Assembly: GCA_963704905.1 (NCBI GenBank)
Contig: CAVPHZ010000002.1
Span: 75,011-139,010 of the forward strand
DNA: 64,000 nucleotides
DNA from: Candidatus Chisholmbacteria bacterium
GTDB lineage: Bacteria; Patescibacteriota; Microgenomatia; UBA1400; Chisholmbacteraceae
Direction of reading: 5' to 3'
This document shows positions 38,485 through 47,541 of the stretch, piece after piece (positions within the stretch are counted from its first letter, which is position 1; the number at the start of each line of letters is the position of its first letter). A model generated the notes under the pieces. That model was not told the origin of the DNA. It searched no databases and saw nothing but the letters and a program-made list of their open reading frames with translations. A program made the position numbers and the translations under genes.

Positions 38485-39734
38485 GCGTCACAGCAGTCAT
38501 TCTCGCGGCAGGGGAGGGAAAACGTTTTTTCCCGCTTGTGACGAGCAAACCACTTTTTCCATTTTTAAGTGTTCCCATCCTCAAACATACTCTGGATGCA
38601 TTAGACAAATCAGGCTTTAAGAAGATTGTAATCGTAACCAATCCTCAGGATGCAACTGAAGTAAAAAACCTGTCCCAAAAGCAAAGCAATATCAAATATG
38701 CAATTCAGAAATCTCCGACCGGAATGTCCGACGCTATTCTGTCAGCGCAAGTGTATTTGAAAGGCTCCTCAATCTTTATTCTCAACGCCCAAGATGTTGT
38801 TGATCAGCATCTGTTTGACCTCGCCTTCAAAGCGACAAACAAACAGAAAAACTTCATCATTGCTAAAAAGCAAAAAGAATATTTCGATGGTGGTTACCTA
38901 AGGGTTAAAAATAATAGGCTTCTAGAGATAATTGAAAAACCAGGTGAAAATAATCAGCCAAGTGATTTTATCAACCTTGTTTTTCATTTCTTTTCCCACC
39001 CAGATGAGTTTCTCAATCAGTTAAAACAAACAAAAAGTTCATCGGATGATGTCTACGAACGTGCATTTTCTTCATTTGCAAAAAAAGAGAATGTTGAAGT
39101 CATACCATACGAGGGATTTTGGCAGACCGTGAAATATTCTTGGCAAATTTTAAATATGACTGATGTAATGCTACAACATTTCCTTAAACCACAGAATAAC
39201 GCAACATTTATTGCCAAGTCGGCCCGGGTTGATCAAAATGTATATCTAGGAAAAGGAGTAAAAGTACTTGAAAATGTCGTCATCAAAGGTCCCAGTTACA
39301 TTGGTGATAACACACTCATCGGCACGAATACACTAGTCATTAACTCAATGATTGGCCAGCAAAGTGTCATCGGATATGGAAGTGAGGTTAGTAGAAGTTA
39401 CCTAGGCGACAATTGTTGGATCCACACAAACTATATCGGAGATTCTGTTTTGGAGGGTGGGAACTACTTCGGTGCAGGTGCCGTTACGGCCAACTTCCGT
39501 TTTGATGCTGGTCATATAAAGACTCATTTCAAAGGGGAGCGAATCAATACTCAGAGAAACAAATTTGGTGCAATTATTGCCAAAGATGCTCGCGTGGGGG
39601 TAAATGCGAGTATCATGCCCGGAGTAAAAATTGGTGGTAAAAGCACAGTCGGTCCAGGTGTGGTCCTGCTCCAGGATGTACCAGCACAAACTCGCACGTT
39701 TGTGAGTCAACAGCTTCAAGAACGGAAAGGATAA
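38481..39734 (+). CDS. Bifunctional sugar-1-phosphate nucleotidylyltransferase/acetyltransferase, archaeal-GlmU-like
   Basis: ILAAGEGKR N-terminal domain, IEKP; LbH C-terminus with YIGDSV, ANFRFD, KFGAII, GVNASIMPG. ATG 38481 overlaps the murE stop. Confidence 0.8.
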   Translation: MSVTAVILAAGEGKRFFPLVTSKPLFPFLSVPILKHTLDALDKSGFKKIVIVTNPQDATEVKNLSQKQSNIKYAIQKSPTGMSDAILSAQVYLKGSSIFILNAQDVVDQHLFDLAFKATNKQKNFIIAKKQKEYFDGGYLRVKNNRLLEIIEKPGENNQPSDFINLVFHFFSHPDEFLNQLKQTKSSSDDVYERAFSSFAKKENVEVIPYEGFWQTVKYSWQILNMTDVMLQHFLKPQNNATFIAKSARVDQNVYLGKGVKVLENVVIKGPSYIGDNTLIGTNTLVINSMIGQQSVIGYGSEVSRSYLGDNCWIHTNYIGDSVLEGGNYFGAGAVTANFRFDAGHIKTHFKGERINTQRNKFGAIIAKDARVGVNASIMPGVKIGGKSTVGPGVVLLQDVPAQTRTFVSQQLQERKG

Positions 39735-39741
39735 AACCAGA

Positions 39742-40488
39742 ATGAACTCAGTTGCGGCCATAATTCTCGCTGCCGGAAAAGGATCTCGGATAAATGCCCA
39801 GAACACGAATAAAGTACTCCTGACACTCGCTGGTAAACCAATGATTGGCTATACCGTTGACATACTAAACAAACTAAACATTTCAACCATCATTGTTGTT
39901 GTCGGGCATCAAAAACAACAAGTAAAAAAGTATTTAGGAAACAAAGTTGAGTATATGACTCAGAAACGTCAACTGGGAACCGGACACGCGGTAATGCAGG
40001 CAATGAAAGCTCTTCCTGAAAGTTGCAGTGAAGTGATAGTACTCTATGGTGATCATTCTTCGTTTTACACTCCTGACATGTTAAAAAACATCATTCGAAG
40101 TCACAAACAAAACAAGGCTGACATGACGTTTGTCACCGTGAGAAAAAAAGATCCAGCTGGATACGGTCGAATCCTACGCGACGATAAAGGCAATCTTCTT
40201 GGTATTCGTGAGCACAAAAACGCCTCTCCCGCGGAAAGGAAAATAAAGGAAATCAATGCCGGAGCCTATTGTTATTCACTCCCCTTTCTCAATACCTATT
40301 TGACAGAGATTAAGAAGGACCCAATCAAAGGAGAGTACTACCTTACTGATCTTCTTTCAATTGCTCTACTGAATAATTGCAGAGTAAATCCGTATCTCAT
40401 CAACGACGAGCTGATATCAGTTGGTGTAAATACTCTCCAAGAACTCGCACTTGCAGATACAATTATGAAAAAAAGGTTACCTCAATGA
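39742..40488 (+). CDS. GlmU N-terminal (GlcNAc-1-P uridyltransferase) domain only
   Basis: ILAAGKGSR, QLGTGHAV, LYGD, GYGRILRD, EINAGAY, GEYYLTD, GVNT; ends before the LbH domain. Confidence 0.82.
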   Translation: MNSVAAIILAAGKGSRINAQNTNKVLLTLAGKPMIGYTVDILNKLNISTIIVVVGHQKQQVKKYLGNKVEYMTQKRQLGTGHAVMQAMKALPESCSEVIVLYGDHSSFYTPDMLKNIIRSHKQNKADMTFVTVRKKDPAGYGRILRDDKGNLLGIREHKNASPAERKIKEINAGAYCYSLPFLNTYLTEIKKDPIKGEYYLTDLLSIALLNNCRVNPYLINDELISVGVNTLQELALADTIMKKRLPQ

Positions 40489-41195
40489 GGTCTCTTTCAA
40501 AATCACCGAATCTTTCTATATTAGTTACCCAGGTTCCAGATGGCAATCTTGACTCACGGTTCGGTCCGGTAGATGAAGTCAAGAAAAAGTTAGACGCGAT
40601 CTCTAAAAAACATAATTTAAAGTCGAGCAACATCGTCCAAATGGAACAAGTTCACAATACAATTATCAAACCTGTCGGAAAAATCCAAAAAGGACAAACC
40701 ATTCGAAACACCGATGGGCTAATGACAGCCGATCCAGAGATTGTGCTGATGCTCCGTCTTGCTGATTGTGTTCCGGTTTGCATTTTTGACATCGAAAACA
40801 ACGCTATTGCTCTTGTTCACTCTGGGTGGAGAGGGACAATTGGAAAAATTACTCTGATCGCAATTCAGCACATGATGTCAGAATTCAATACTGATCCCAA
40901 AATGCTAAAAATTATCCTAGGACCATCAATTCAATCTTGCTGCAATGTATCCTCAACTCCGATTCAACTTCATTTGCCTGAATGGTCAGACTGCATTAAA
41001 GCAGAAAGAGACGCTTATGGTATCAATTTACAACGGTTTATAGTTAAAACTGCTCATCAAGCAGGTGTGTTGTCAAAGGACATTCAAGTAGATCAGACCT
41101 GCACAGTAATGGATCGTAATTATTTTTCACACCAACGATCAAAACAAACGGGAGAAAAAGAAGGTCGATTTGCTGTACTCATGAGCTTGAAATAA
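40485..41195 (+). CDS. pgeF: PgeF/YfiH family (peptidoglycan editing factor / purine nucleoside phosphorylase-like)
   Basis: QVH, ADCVPV, HSGWRG, GPSI, CT....YFSH. ATG 40485 overlaps the upstream TGA. Confidence 0.85.
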   Translation: MRSLSKSPNLSILVTQVPDGNLDSRFGPVDEVKKKLDAISKKHNLKSSNIVQMEQVHNTIIKPVGKIQKGQTIRNTDGLMTADPEIVLMLRLADCVPVCIFDIENNAIALVHSGWRGTIGKITLIAIQHMMSEFNTDPKMLKIILGPSIQSCCNVSSTPIQLHLPEWSDCIKAERDAYGINLQRFIVKTAHQAGVLSKDIQVDQTCTVMDRNYFSHQRSKQTGEKEGRFAVLMSLK

Positions 41196-41263
41196 ATCGT
41201 TATATAAACTTCACGTCCGCCTGCAATTAGAGGGATCGTGAGCGAGAATGAACATTCGAAGAT

Positions 41264-42670
41264 ATGCAGCTAAATAAAGCTAAAAACATCCACTTTTCCG
41301 GTATAAAAGGTGTAGGAATGACAGCGCTAGCGCTCTACGCTCAAGATCTGGGCATTCATGTTACTGGTTCAGATGTAAAAGATGAGTTTGTTACCCAAGA
41401 TATATTGAATAGAAGAAAAATCTCCATAACGACCAGTTTTTCACAGCGAAACGTTCCCAAAGATACGGACGCACTGATATTTTCAGCGGCTCGACCAAAG
41501 AACCCTCAAGTAAAATTAGCCAAAGCGAACAATATTCCAACACTAAGTTATGCTCAAGCTTTAGCAAATATGATTAGCGGTAAGCAAGCCATTGCAGTTT
41601 GCGGAGTAGGTGGGAAGACAACAACCGCAGCCATGACGGCAGCCATCTTATCCGAGTGCGGTTTTGAGCCTAGTTTTGTGATTGGTGTTGGAAATGTAAC
41701 GTCTTTGGGGGTTCCTGGAAAAGCAGGAAAAGGGAAACATGTTGTTGTAGAGGCCGATGATTACGCATCTGTGCCGCAAATTGATCAACAACCAAAATTT
41801 CTTTATCTTTCACCAAATGTAATTGTTGTTACCAATATCGAGCACGACCATCCAGATATTTACAAAAACCTCGATCAAATGATTCAGGTGTTCGTTAAGT
41901 TTTTTTTAAAACTGCCTCAGGATGGAACACTTATCGCAAATAGCGATAATCAAAATGTGCTTCAAGCTATTTCGCTGTTTCAAAGACAAAGATCAACAGC
42001 GAAGGTTATTTCCTACGGAACTGGACAACATGCTGATTGGAAAATTTCAAATGTCAGGATGATTAATCAGCGAACAACCTTTTCCCTAACAACTGGTACG
42101 CTGAGAAAAAACGTCGCCTTAAACGTACCAGGAGATCTCAATGCGCAAAACGCTTGCGCTGCACTCATAGCTAGCTCAGTGGTAGGAGTTCCTGTAAACT
42201 GTTCTCTCTCTGCACTTCAAACATTTTCTGGTACCAAGCGGCGTTTTGAAAAAGTAGCGATAAAGGATGGGATAGAAGTCTGGGATGACTATGCTCATCA
42301 TCCCATTGAAATTATCGCGACACTCAAAGCGGCAAAAAAGTGGTTCCCGTCCAAGAGAATTATTGCGGTTTTTCAACCTCACACCTACTCGAGAACCAAA
42401 ACGCTACTTGATGGTTTCTCCAAGTCTTTCAGTAGAGCTGATCTAGTTATCATCACCGACATCTATAGCTCGGCTAGAGAAAAGAAAGACAGTAGTATTT
42501 CAGCTTCAATGCTTGTCAAACAAACTAGTTGTTATCATGAAAATGTGAAGTATATTCCCAAACCAAGCATGTTAAAATACCTACGCAAAATCACTAAAAG
42601 AGGGGATCTGATTCTCACACTTGGAGCTGGAGATATCTACAAAATAGCGGAATTATTTGCCAAAGAATGA
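41264..42670 (+). CDS. murC: UDP-N-acetylmuramate--L-alanine ligase
   Basis: GIKGVGM, GKTTT, EADD, TNIEHDHPD, RRFE, DDYAHHP, FQPHTYSRT, GAGDI. Confidence 0.93.
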   Translation: MQLNKAKNIHFSGIKGVGMTALALYAQDLGIHVTGSDVKDEFVTQDILNRRKISITTSFSQRNVPKDTDALIFSAARPKNPQVKLAKANNIPTLSYAQALANMISGKQAIAVCGVGGKTTTAAMTAAILSECGFEPSFVIGVGNVTSLGVPGKAGKGKHVVVEADDYASVPQIDQQPKFLYLSPNVIVVTNIEHDHPDIYKNLDQMIQVFVKFFLKLPQDGTLIANSDNQNVLQAISLFQRQRSTAKVISYGTGQHADWKISNVRMINQRTTFSLTTGTLRKNVALNVPGDLNAQNACAALIASSVVGVPVNCSLSALQTFSGTKRRFEKVAIKDGIEVWDDYAHHPIEIIATLKAAKKWFPSKRIIAVFQPHTYSRTKTLLDGFSKSFSRADLVIITDIYSSAREKKDSSISASMLVKQTSCYHENVKYIPKPSMLKYLRKITKRGDLILTLGAGDIYKIAELFAKE

Positions 42671-43647
42671 AAAATAATTTCAATACGATCATTGAAAAAT
42701 TGGGAAATAAACGGGTTCTCCGCAATGAACCACTTTCCCGCCATACATACATGAAAGTCGGCGGACCAGCCGATCTTTTTTTCGTAGCCCACAATGCCGA
42801 CGATATCATGCTTGCAACTCAATATGCCATCGAGCAACATATTCCGTACTTCATACTTGGAGGGGGATCAAACATTTTAGTTGGTGATAAAGGAATTCGA
42901 GGATTAGTAATAAAAAATCGTGCAGATACTATCAAAATCATAAAGCGAAAGGGGAAAATCAAGGAAAACAGAGTTGATCTTAAGACGGCTCATGTCGTGG
43001 TGGAGAGTGGTGTGATTACCAATTTATTAGTGCGAAGAACGATAGATGAAAGTTTGGCTGGACTAGAGTATTTTCTTGGTGTCCCTGGAACGATAGGCGG
43101 AGCCATTTACAACAATTCACATTTTAAAACAGAGCTCATTGGTAATTATGTTGAATGCGTGGAGGTTATTGGTCATACTGGAAAGAGAAAAGTATATTCA
43201 AAGAGTCAAATGAAGTTTCAATACGATTCTTCAGTACTTCAAAAAACTCATGAAGCAATTCTTTCAGTAACATTTCTTTTAAAAGGTGGAGACAAAAAAA
43301 TACTCTGGAAAAAAGCTGAAGAATATGCCCGGTACCGATCTGACTCCCAACCGCTCAACTTTCCCAGCTCTGGATGTATGTTTAAAAATGTGGATACTTA
43401 CAAGGGAAAATACGGACAAGATAGAGATGGCTTAACCTCTGCTGGGTATTTAATCGACAAAGCAGGTCTCAAGGGAACCCGGGTCGGTAAAGCAGAAGTA
43501 AGTCAAAAACACGCCAGCTTCATCATCAATCGTGGCGGGGCAACAGCCAGAGAAGTTGCTAATCTCATTGAACTTGTTCAAGCGAAAGTAAAAGACAAGC
43601 ATGGAGTTCAATTAGAAATGGAAGTCTTTAAAGTAGGAGAATTTTAA
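42667..43647 (+). CDS. murB: UDP-N-acetylenolpyruvoylglucosamine reductase
   Basis: VGGPAD, GGGSNIL, GVPGTIGGA, QP..FPSSGCMFKN, VSQKHA, LEMEV. Confidence 0.93.
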   Translation: MKNNFNTIIEKLGNKRVLRNEPLSRHTYMKVGGPADLFFVAHNADDIMLATQYAIEQHIPYFILGGGSNILVGDKGIRGLVIKNRADTIKIIKRKGKIKENRVDLKTAHVVVESGVITNLLVRRTIDESLAGLEYFLGVPGTIGGAIYNNSHFKTELIGNYVECVEVIGHTGKRKVYSKSQMKFQYDSSVLQKTHEAILSVTFLLKGGDKKILWKKAEEYARYRSDSQPLNFPSSGCMFKNVDTYKGKYGQDRDGLTSAGYLIDKAGLKGTRVGKAEVSQKHASFIINRGGATAREVANLIELVQAKVKDKHGVQLEMEVFKVGEF

Positions 43648-43657
43648 AGGGAGAAGT

Positions 43658-44977
43658 ATGGAGAAGTTCATTATCACTGGAGGAAAGAAATTATCCGGAT
43701 CGATTCGATTAGGTGGAGCCAAAAATGCGAGCTTCAAGCTCATGATAGCAAGTCTTCTTGCCAGTGGGGAATCTCGACTTCTAAATTCACCCCATATCAA
43801 CGATGTTGAGGTGACCAGGAACATCATTACCCAACTTGGAGGAATTATAAAGGGTTCCGGGGAAAGAATGCTCTGCATAGACACAGCTCCTCTGAAGTCT
43901 CATATCATCCCAGCTCATTTTGGCAAACTGTCCCGCGCATCAACCATGTTCGCCGGACCTCTTCTTGCCCGTTTCGGAAAAGCTACACTCCCTTTGCCCG
44001 GAGGAGATAAAATTGGTGCCCGTCCACTGGAACGCCACTTTGAAGGCCTCATTTCTATGGGTGTAAAAGTACAACAACAAGGAGCAACTGTTCAAATGAC
44101 GGCACAAAAGCTGAAAGCGACGACCTACGCGTTTAAAAAAAACACCCACACAGGCACTGAGACGTTAATTTTGGCTGCAGTACTTGCAGAAGGAAGGTCT
44201 ATGTTAGAAAATGCCGCACTCGAACCAGAGATCGATGATCTGATTTCTATGTTGAACAGCATGGGAGCAAAAATTCGAAGGAAATTGGATCGAAAAATTG
44301 AAATTATCGGAGTCAAAAAACTCTCTCCAACGATTCACAAAATCATGCCGGATCGGAATGAGGCTGTTTCATACGCATGTGCAGCGCTTGCTACCAGAGG
44401 AGATGTGATCGTCGAAAACGCACAAAAAGATCATCTAGAAGCATTTTTAGAAAAGCTTGAAGAAGTTGGAGGAGGATTCGAAGTCGGTAATTTTGGCATT
44501 CGTTTTTACTACAAAGGAAAGTTGACTGCAACTGATGTCATTACTCAACCTCATCCGGGATTTATGACCGACTGGCAACCACTTTGGGCAGTTCTCATGA
44601 CGCAGGCTGAGGGCACCTCAATAATCCATGAAGCCGTACACAACAACCGATTTCAATATGTAAAAGACTTAAATAGTATGTGTATAAAAAAAATATCGCT
44701 TTACAATCCAAAAGTGAAAAATCCTGAAAGTTACTACAACTTCAACATTCAAGATGATAATAAAGATTATTATCATGCAATAAAAATTCGCGGAAAGTCA
44801 AAACTGTGTGCGTCAATCTTAAAAGTACATGATCTAAGAGCTGGAGCTACGCTGGTTCTGGCATCACTCATAGCTAATGGACAAAGTGTCATTCATGGTG
44901 TCGATCACATCGATAGGGGTTACGAAAACCTTGATGGACGGCTTATTGATCTTGGTGCTAAAATTAAGAGAGCATAG
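43658..44977 (+). CDS. murA: UDP-N-acetylglucosamine 1-carboxyvinyltransferase, Cys-to-Asp active-site variant
   Basis: GAKNA, RAS, LPGGDKIGARP, ENAALEPEI, PDRNE, PGFMTD, DLRAGA, HIDRGYE. Confidence 0.94.
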   Translation: MEKFIITGGKKLSGSIRLGGAKNASFKLMIASLLASGESRLLNSPHINDVEVTRNIITQLGGIIKGSGERMLCIDTAPLKSHIIPAHFGKLSRASTMFAGPLLARFGKATLPLPGGDKIGARPLERHFEGLISMGVKVQQQGATVQMTAQKLKATTYAFKKNTHTGTETLILAAVLAEGRSMLENAALEPEIDDLISMLNSMGAKIRRKLDRKIEIIGVKKLSPTIHKIMPDRNEAVSYACAALATRGDVIVENAQKDHLEAFLEKLEEVGGGFEVGNFGIRFYYKGKLTATDVITQPHPGFMTDWQPLWAVLMTQAEGTSIIHEAVHNNRFQYVKDLNSMCIKKISLYNPKVKNPESYYNFNIQDDNKDYYHAIKIRGKSKLCASILKVHDLRAGATLVLASLIANGQSVIHGVDHIDRGYENLDGRLIDLGAKIKRA

Positions 44978-44985
44978 CAAAGGAG

Positions 44986-45222
44986 GTGTTGAAGAAAAAA
45001 CAGGATAGAGCGTGTGGTCCAGCCACAATAGAGATGTGGCTGGAAGACGAGGATGAGGGATACCAATTTCTTGGTGATCGGACCTCCCATGTTATATGGG
45101 AGAGTATCTACGGAGACCCTCTGGGTGAGCGAACATCCACAAGAGAATACATCAACATCAAAAAGAAATTATTGAGACAAAGTGTATTCCCAATTCGTTT
45201 AGGTCAACTTCGGCCGATATGA
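44986..45222 (+). CDS. Possible 78-aa hypothetical protein overlapping the glmS-like RNA
   Basis: Open frame between murA and glmS, but the AGGAGG overlaps or abuts the GTG/TTG start (unusable spacing). No recognisable domain. Confidence 0.3.
   Translation: MLKKKQDRACGPATIEMWLEDEDEGYQFLGDRTSHVIWESIYGDPLGERTSTREYINIKKKLLRQSVFPIRLGQLRPI
45005..45160 (+). ncRNA. Candidate glmS-ribozyme-like structured RNA with variant core
   Basis: AGCG (45009-12), 10-bp P1-like stem (45018-27/45035-44), GACGAGG (45046-52), P2-, P3- and P4.1-like hairpins with a GCGA-containing loop; ends about 130 nt upstream of glmS. Several core positions differ from the consensus as recalled. Confidence 0.5.
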
Positions 45223-45290
45223 TTTTCATGAAATAAATATAGTAAAGTCACGACATCATCGTGGCTAAACTTGCCCGCAGGAGGTTGAAA

Positions 45291-47066
45291 ATGTGTGGAA
45301 TATTTGCTTATACAGGTATCGATATCAATGGTGCTCAAATAGTGCTTGATGGTCTAAAAAGTCTCGAGTATCGTGGCTACGACTCTTGGGGTATTGCCGT
45401 AATGAATGAAAATAAAGCAAGTTTCAGGATAAAAAAGAAAGTGGGTAAGATTGGAAACGCAACTATCAAGGGATTGCCACTCATGAGTGCATTTGGGTTT
45501 GGACATACACGATGGGCGACCCATGGTGGTGTCACAGTGAACAACGCTCACCCCCTGGCTGATTGCACAGGCAAGGTGGTGGTTATTCATAATGGAATAA
45601 TCGAAAATTACGAAAAAATCAAACAAGAATTAGTAAAAAAGGGTCATCGTTTTACTTCCGAAACCGACACTGAAGTAGCGGTACATCTCATTGAAGAGCT
45701 GAAAAAAAGATACTCATTTCAGGTGTCAGTGCAACGAGCCTTCGAGCGATTCGAGGGGTTAAACGCCTTGATTGTTGCAGATGTGGCCAGTCAAACATTT
45801 ATTGCAGTTCGTAACGGATCACCATTAGTAATCGGTTTTGGAAAAGACAGCAACTTCCTATCTTCTGATGCAGCTGCTCTGCTTCAGCATACTCGGAAAG
45901 TATATTTTCTCCAGGACCACGATTTTGTTGAAGTGACGAAGAGCAACGTAAAAGCAAGGAATTTAAAAACAGGAAGAACATTGCGCATAAAGCCACTCAA
46001 ACTCAATTGGGAGTTCAAGCAGGCAGAAAAAGGACGATTTCATCATTTTATGCTTAAAGAAATCATGGAACAGCCAACAATCTTAGAAAATATCAGCTCT
46101 ACAGGATTATCTGGCGCCAAACAACTTGCAGCTGTAATAAAGAACGCTAGAGAGATACATATTGTTGGTTGTGGGACAGCTGCATACGCAAGTATTGCAG
46201 GATCATATCTATTTTCAAAAATTGCCAAGCAACAGATGAGCTGGGATGTAGGAAGTGAGTTCAACTACAAGCTTGAATTTTTATCACCGAAAAGTTTAGT
46301 CATTGCCTTATCTCAATCAGGAGAAACCATAGATACTCTAGAAGCAGTTAAAAAAGCGAAACAAAAGGGGGTAAAAATCGCTGCTCTTGTAAATGTACTT
46401 GGCTCAACATTGTACCGAGGAGCTGATCTAAAGATACTCATTGGTGCCGGACCAGAGAAAGCTGTAGCCTCAACCAAAGCATTTACCAGTAAAATCGGCC
46501 ATCTTATTCTCACGGCATTTGCACAAAGTGGAAAAGAGCAGGAAGGACAATACATACTACGTAGGGCAGCCAAAGCAAGTAAGACTGTTCTCCGCGGTCA
46601 ATCTATAAAAAACATTAGAAAGCTCGTTCTGAAAATCAAAAATGTAAATCACATCTATGTTATCGGAAGAGGACTTTCATACCCAGCATCACTAGAGACG
46701 GCACTGAAAATAAAAGAGATCAGCTACATCCACGCTGAAGGATTTGCAGCAGGTGAGCTGAAACATGGTGTCATTGCACTCGTTGAAGAAGGGACACCCT
46801 GCATCGTCTTTGCTCCCAATGATGAAACATACGGAGCGAATCTTGCTGGAGCTATGGAGATGAAAGCCAGAGGTGGAATGATCATCGGTATATCTCACAT
46901 ACCGCATAGCGTATTCGATCATTACATACCTGTTCAAGATGCCAAGCAAGCGACAATCATTCCAAATGTTATTGTCGCTCAGTTACTCGCCTATGAACTA
47001 GCACTTGCGCGAGGGTTGGACCCGGACATGCCCCGCAACTTAGCAAAATCGGTGACTGTCAAATAG
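45291..47066 (+). CDS. glmS: Glutamine--fructose-6-phosphate aminotransferase
   Basis: MCGI (catalytic Cys), LEYRGYDS, GHTRWATHG, SQSGET, VASTKAF, LKHG, PRNLAKSVT. SD AGGAGG at 45279-84. Confidence 0.96.
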   Translation: MCGIFAYTGIDINGAQIVLDGLKSLEYRGYDSWGIAVMNENKASFRIKKKVGKIGNATIKGLPLMSAFGFGHTRWATHGGVTVNNAHPLADCTGKVVVIHNGIIENYEKIKQELVKKGHRFTSETDTEVAVHLIEELKKRYSFQVSVQRAFERFEGLNALIVADVASQTFIAVRNGSPLVIGFGKDSNFLSSDAAALLQHTRKVYFLQDHDFVEVTKSNVKARNLKTGRTLRIKPLKLNWEFKQAEKGRFHHFMLKEIMEQPTILENISSTGLSGAKQLAAVIKNAREIHIVGCGTAAYASIAGSYLFSKIAKQQMSWDVGSEFNYKLEFLSPKSLVIALSQSGETIDTLEAVKKAKQKGVKIAALVNVLGSTLYRGADLKILIGAGPEKAVASTKAFTSKIGHLILTAFAQSGKEQEGQYILRRAAKASKTVLRGQSIKNIRKLVLKIKNVNHIYVIGRGLSYPASLETALKIKEISYIHAEGFAAGELKHGVIALVEEGTPCIVFAPNDETYGANLAGAMEMKARGGMIIGISHIPHSVFDHYIPVQDAKQATIIPNVIVAQLLAYELALARGLDPDMPRNLAKSVTVK

Positions 47067-47118
47067 TTAGCCTGGAAATGGGATAGAGCGAGAACAAATC
47101 TGCTATACTTGACCGGTC

Positions 47119-47469
47119 ATGAGAAGACATGTAGTTTCATTTGGACTAGCATTTTCCGGGATATGGTATGCGCTCAAAACGCAGCCCAATTTCCGCTTTC
47201 ATTTACTCGCATCAATAGTTGCAATCTTTGCTGGCATCTCTCTGAAGATTAGTCACATAGAGTGGGTAGTCATTGCACTGACAGCGGTACTTGTCATCAC
47301 CTCTGAAATGATCAACACTGCAATCGAATCAATGACTAACCTTATTACAACAGAGCATCGGTTATCAGCTAAGATAGCAAAAGATGTTTCTGCAGGAGTG
47401 GTTCTGGTATCAGCTATTGGATCTCTGATCGTAGCGGCAATAATTTTTCTTCCAAAACTATTCGGATAG
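47119..47469 (+). CDS. dgkA: Prokaryotic diacylglycerol/undecaprenol kinase
   Basis: SFGLAFSGI, NFRFH, EMINTAIE, AKIAKDVSAG; 3 TM. Confidence 0.88.
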   Translation: MRRHVVSFGLAFSGIWYALKTQPNFRFHLLASIVAIFAGISLKISHIEWVVIALTAVLVITSEMINTAIESMTNLITTEHRLSAKIAKDVSAGVVLVSAIGSLIVAAIIFLPKLFG

Positions 47470-47541
47470 GTGGATGTTCTGTCAGAGAATTGAATATAAT
47501 GGTCACTAGTAAGTTAAAAGCTCATCGTTGGTAATAACAGT

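Noticed and set aside
41196-41263. Imperfect hairpins (TCACG...CGTGA; GAATG/CATTC) in the pgeF-murC gap
   Set aside because: Short, no U-tract, no match to an RNA family I recognise.
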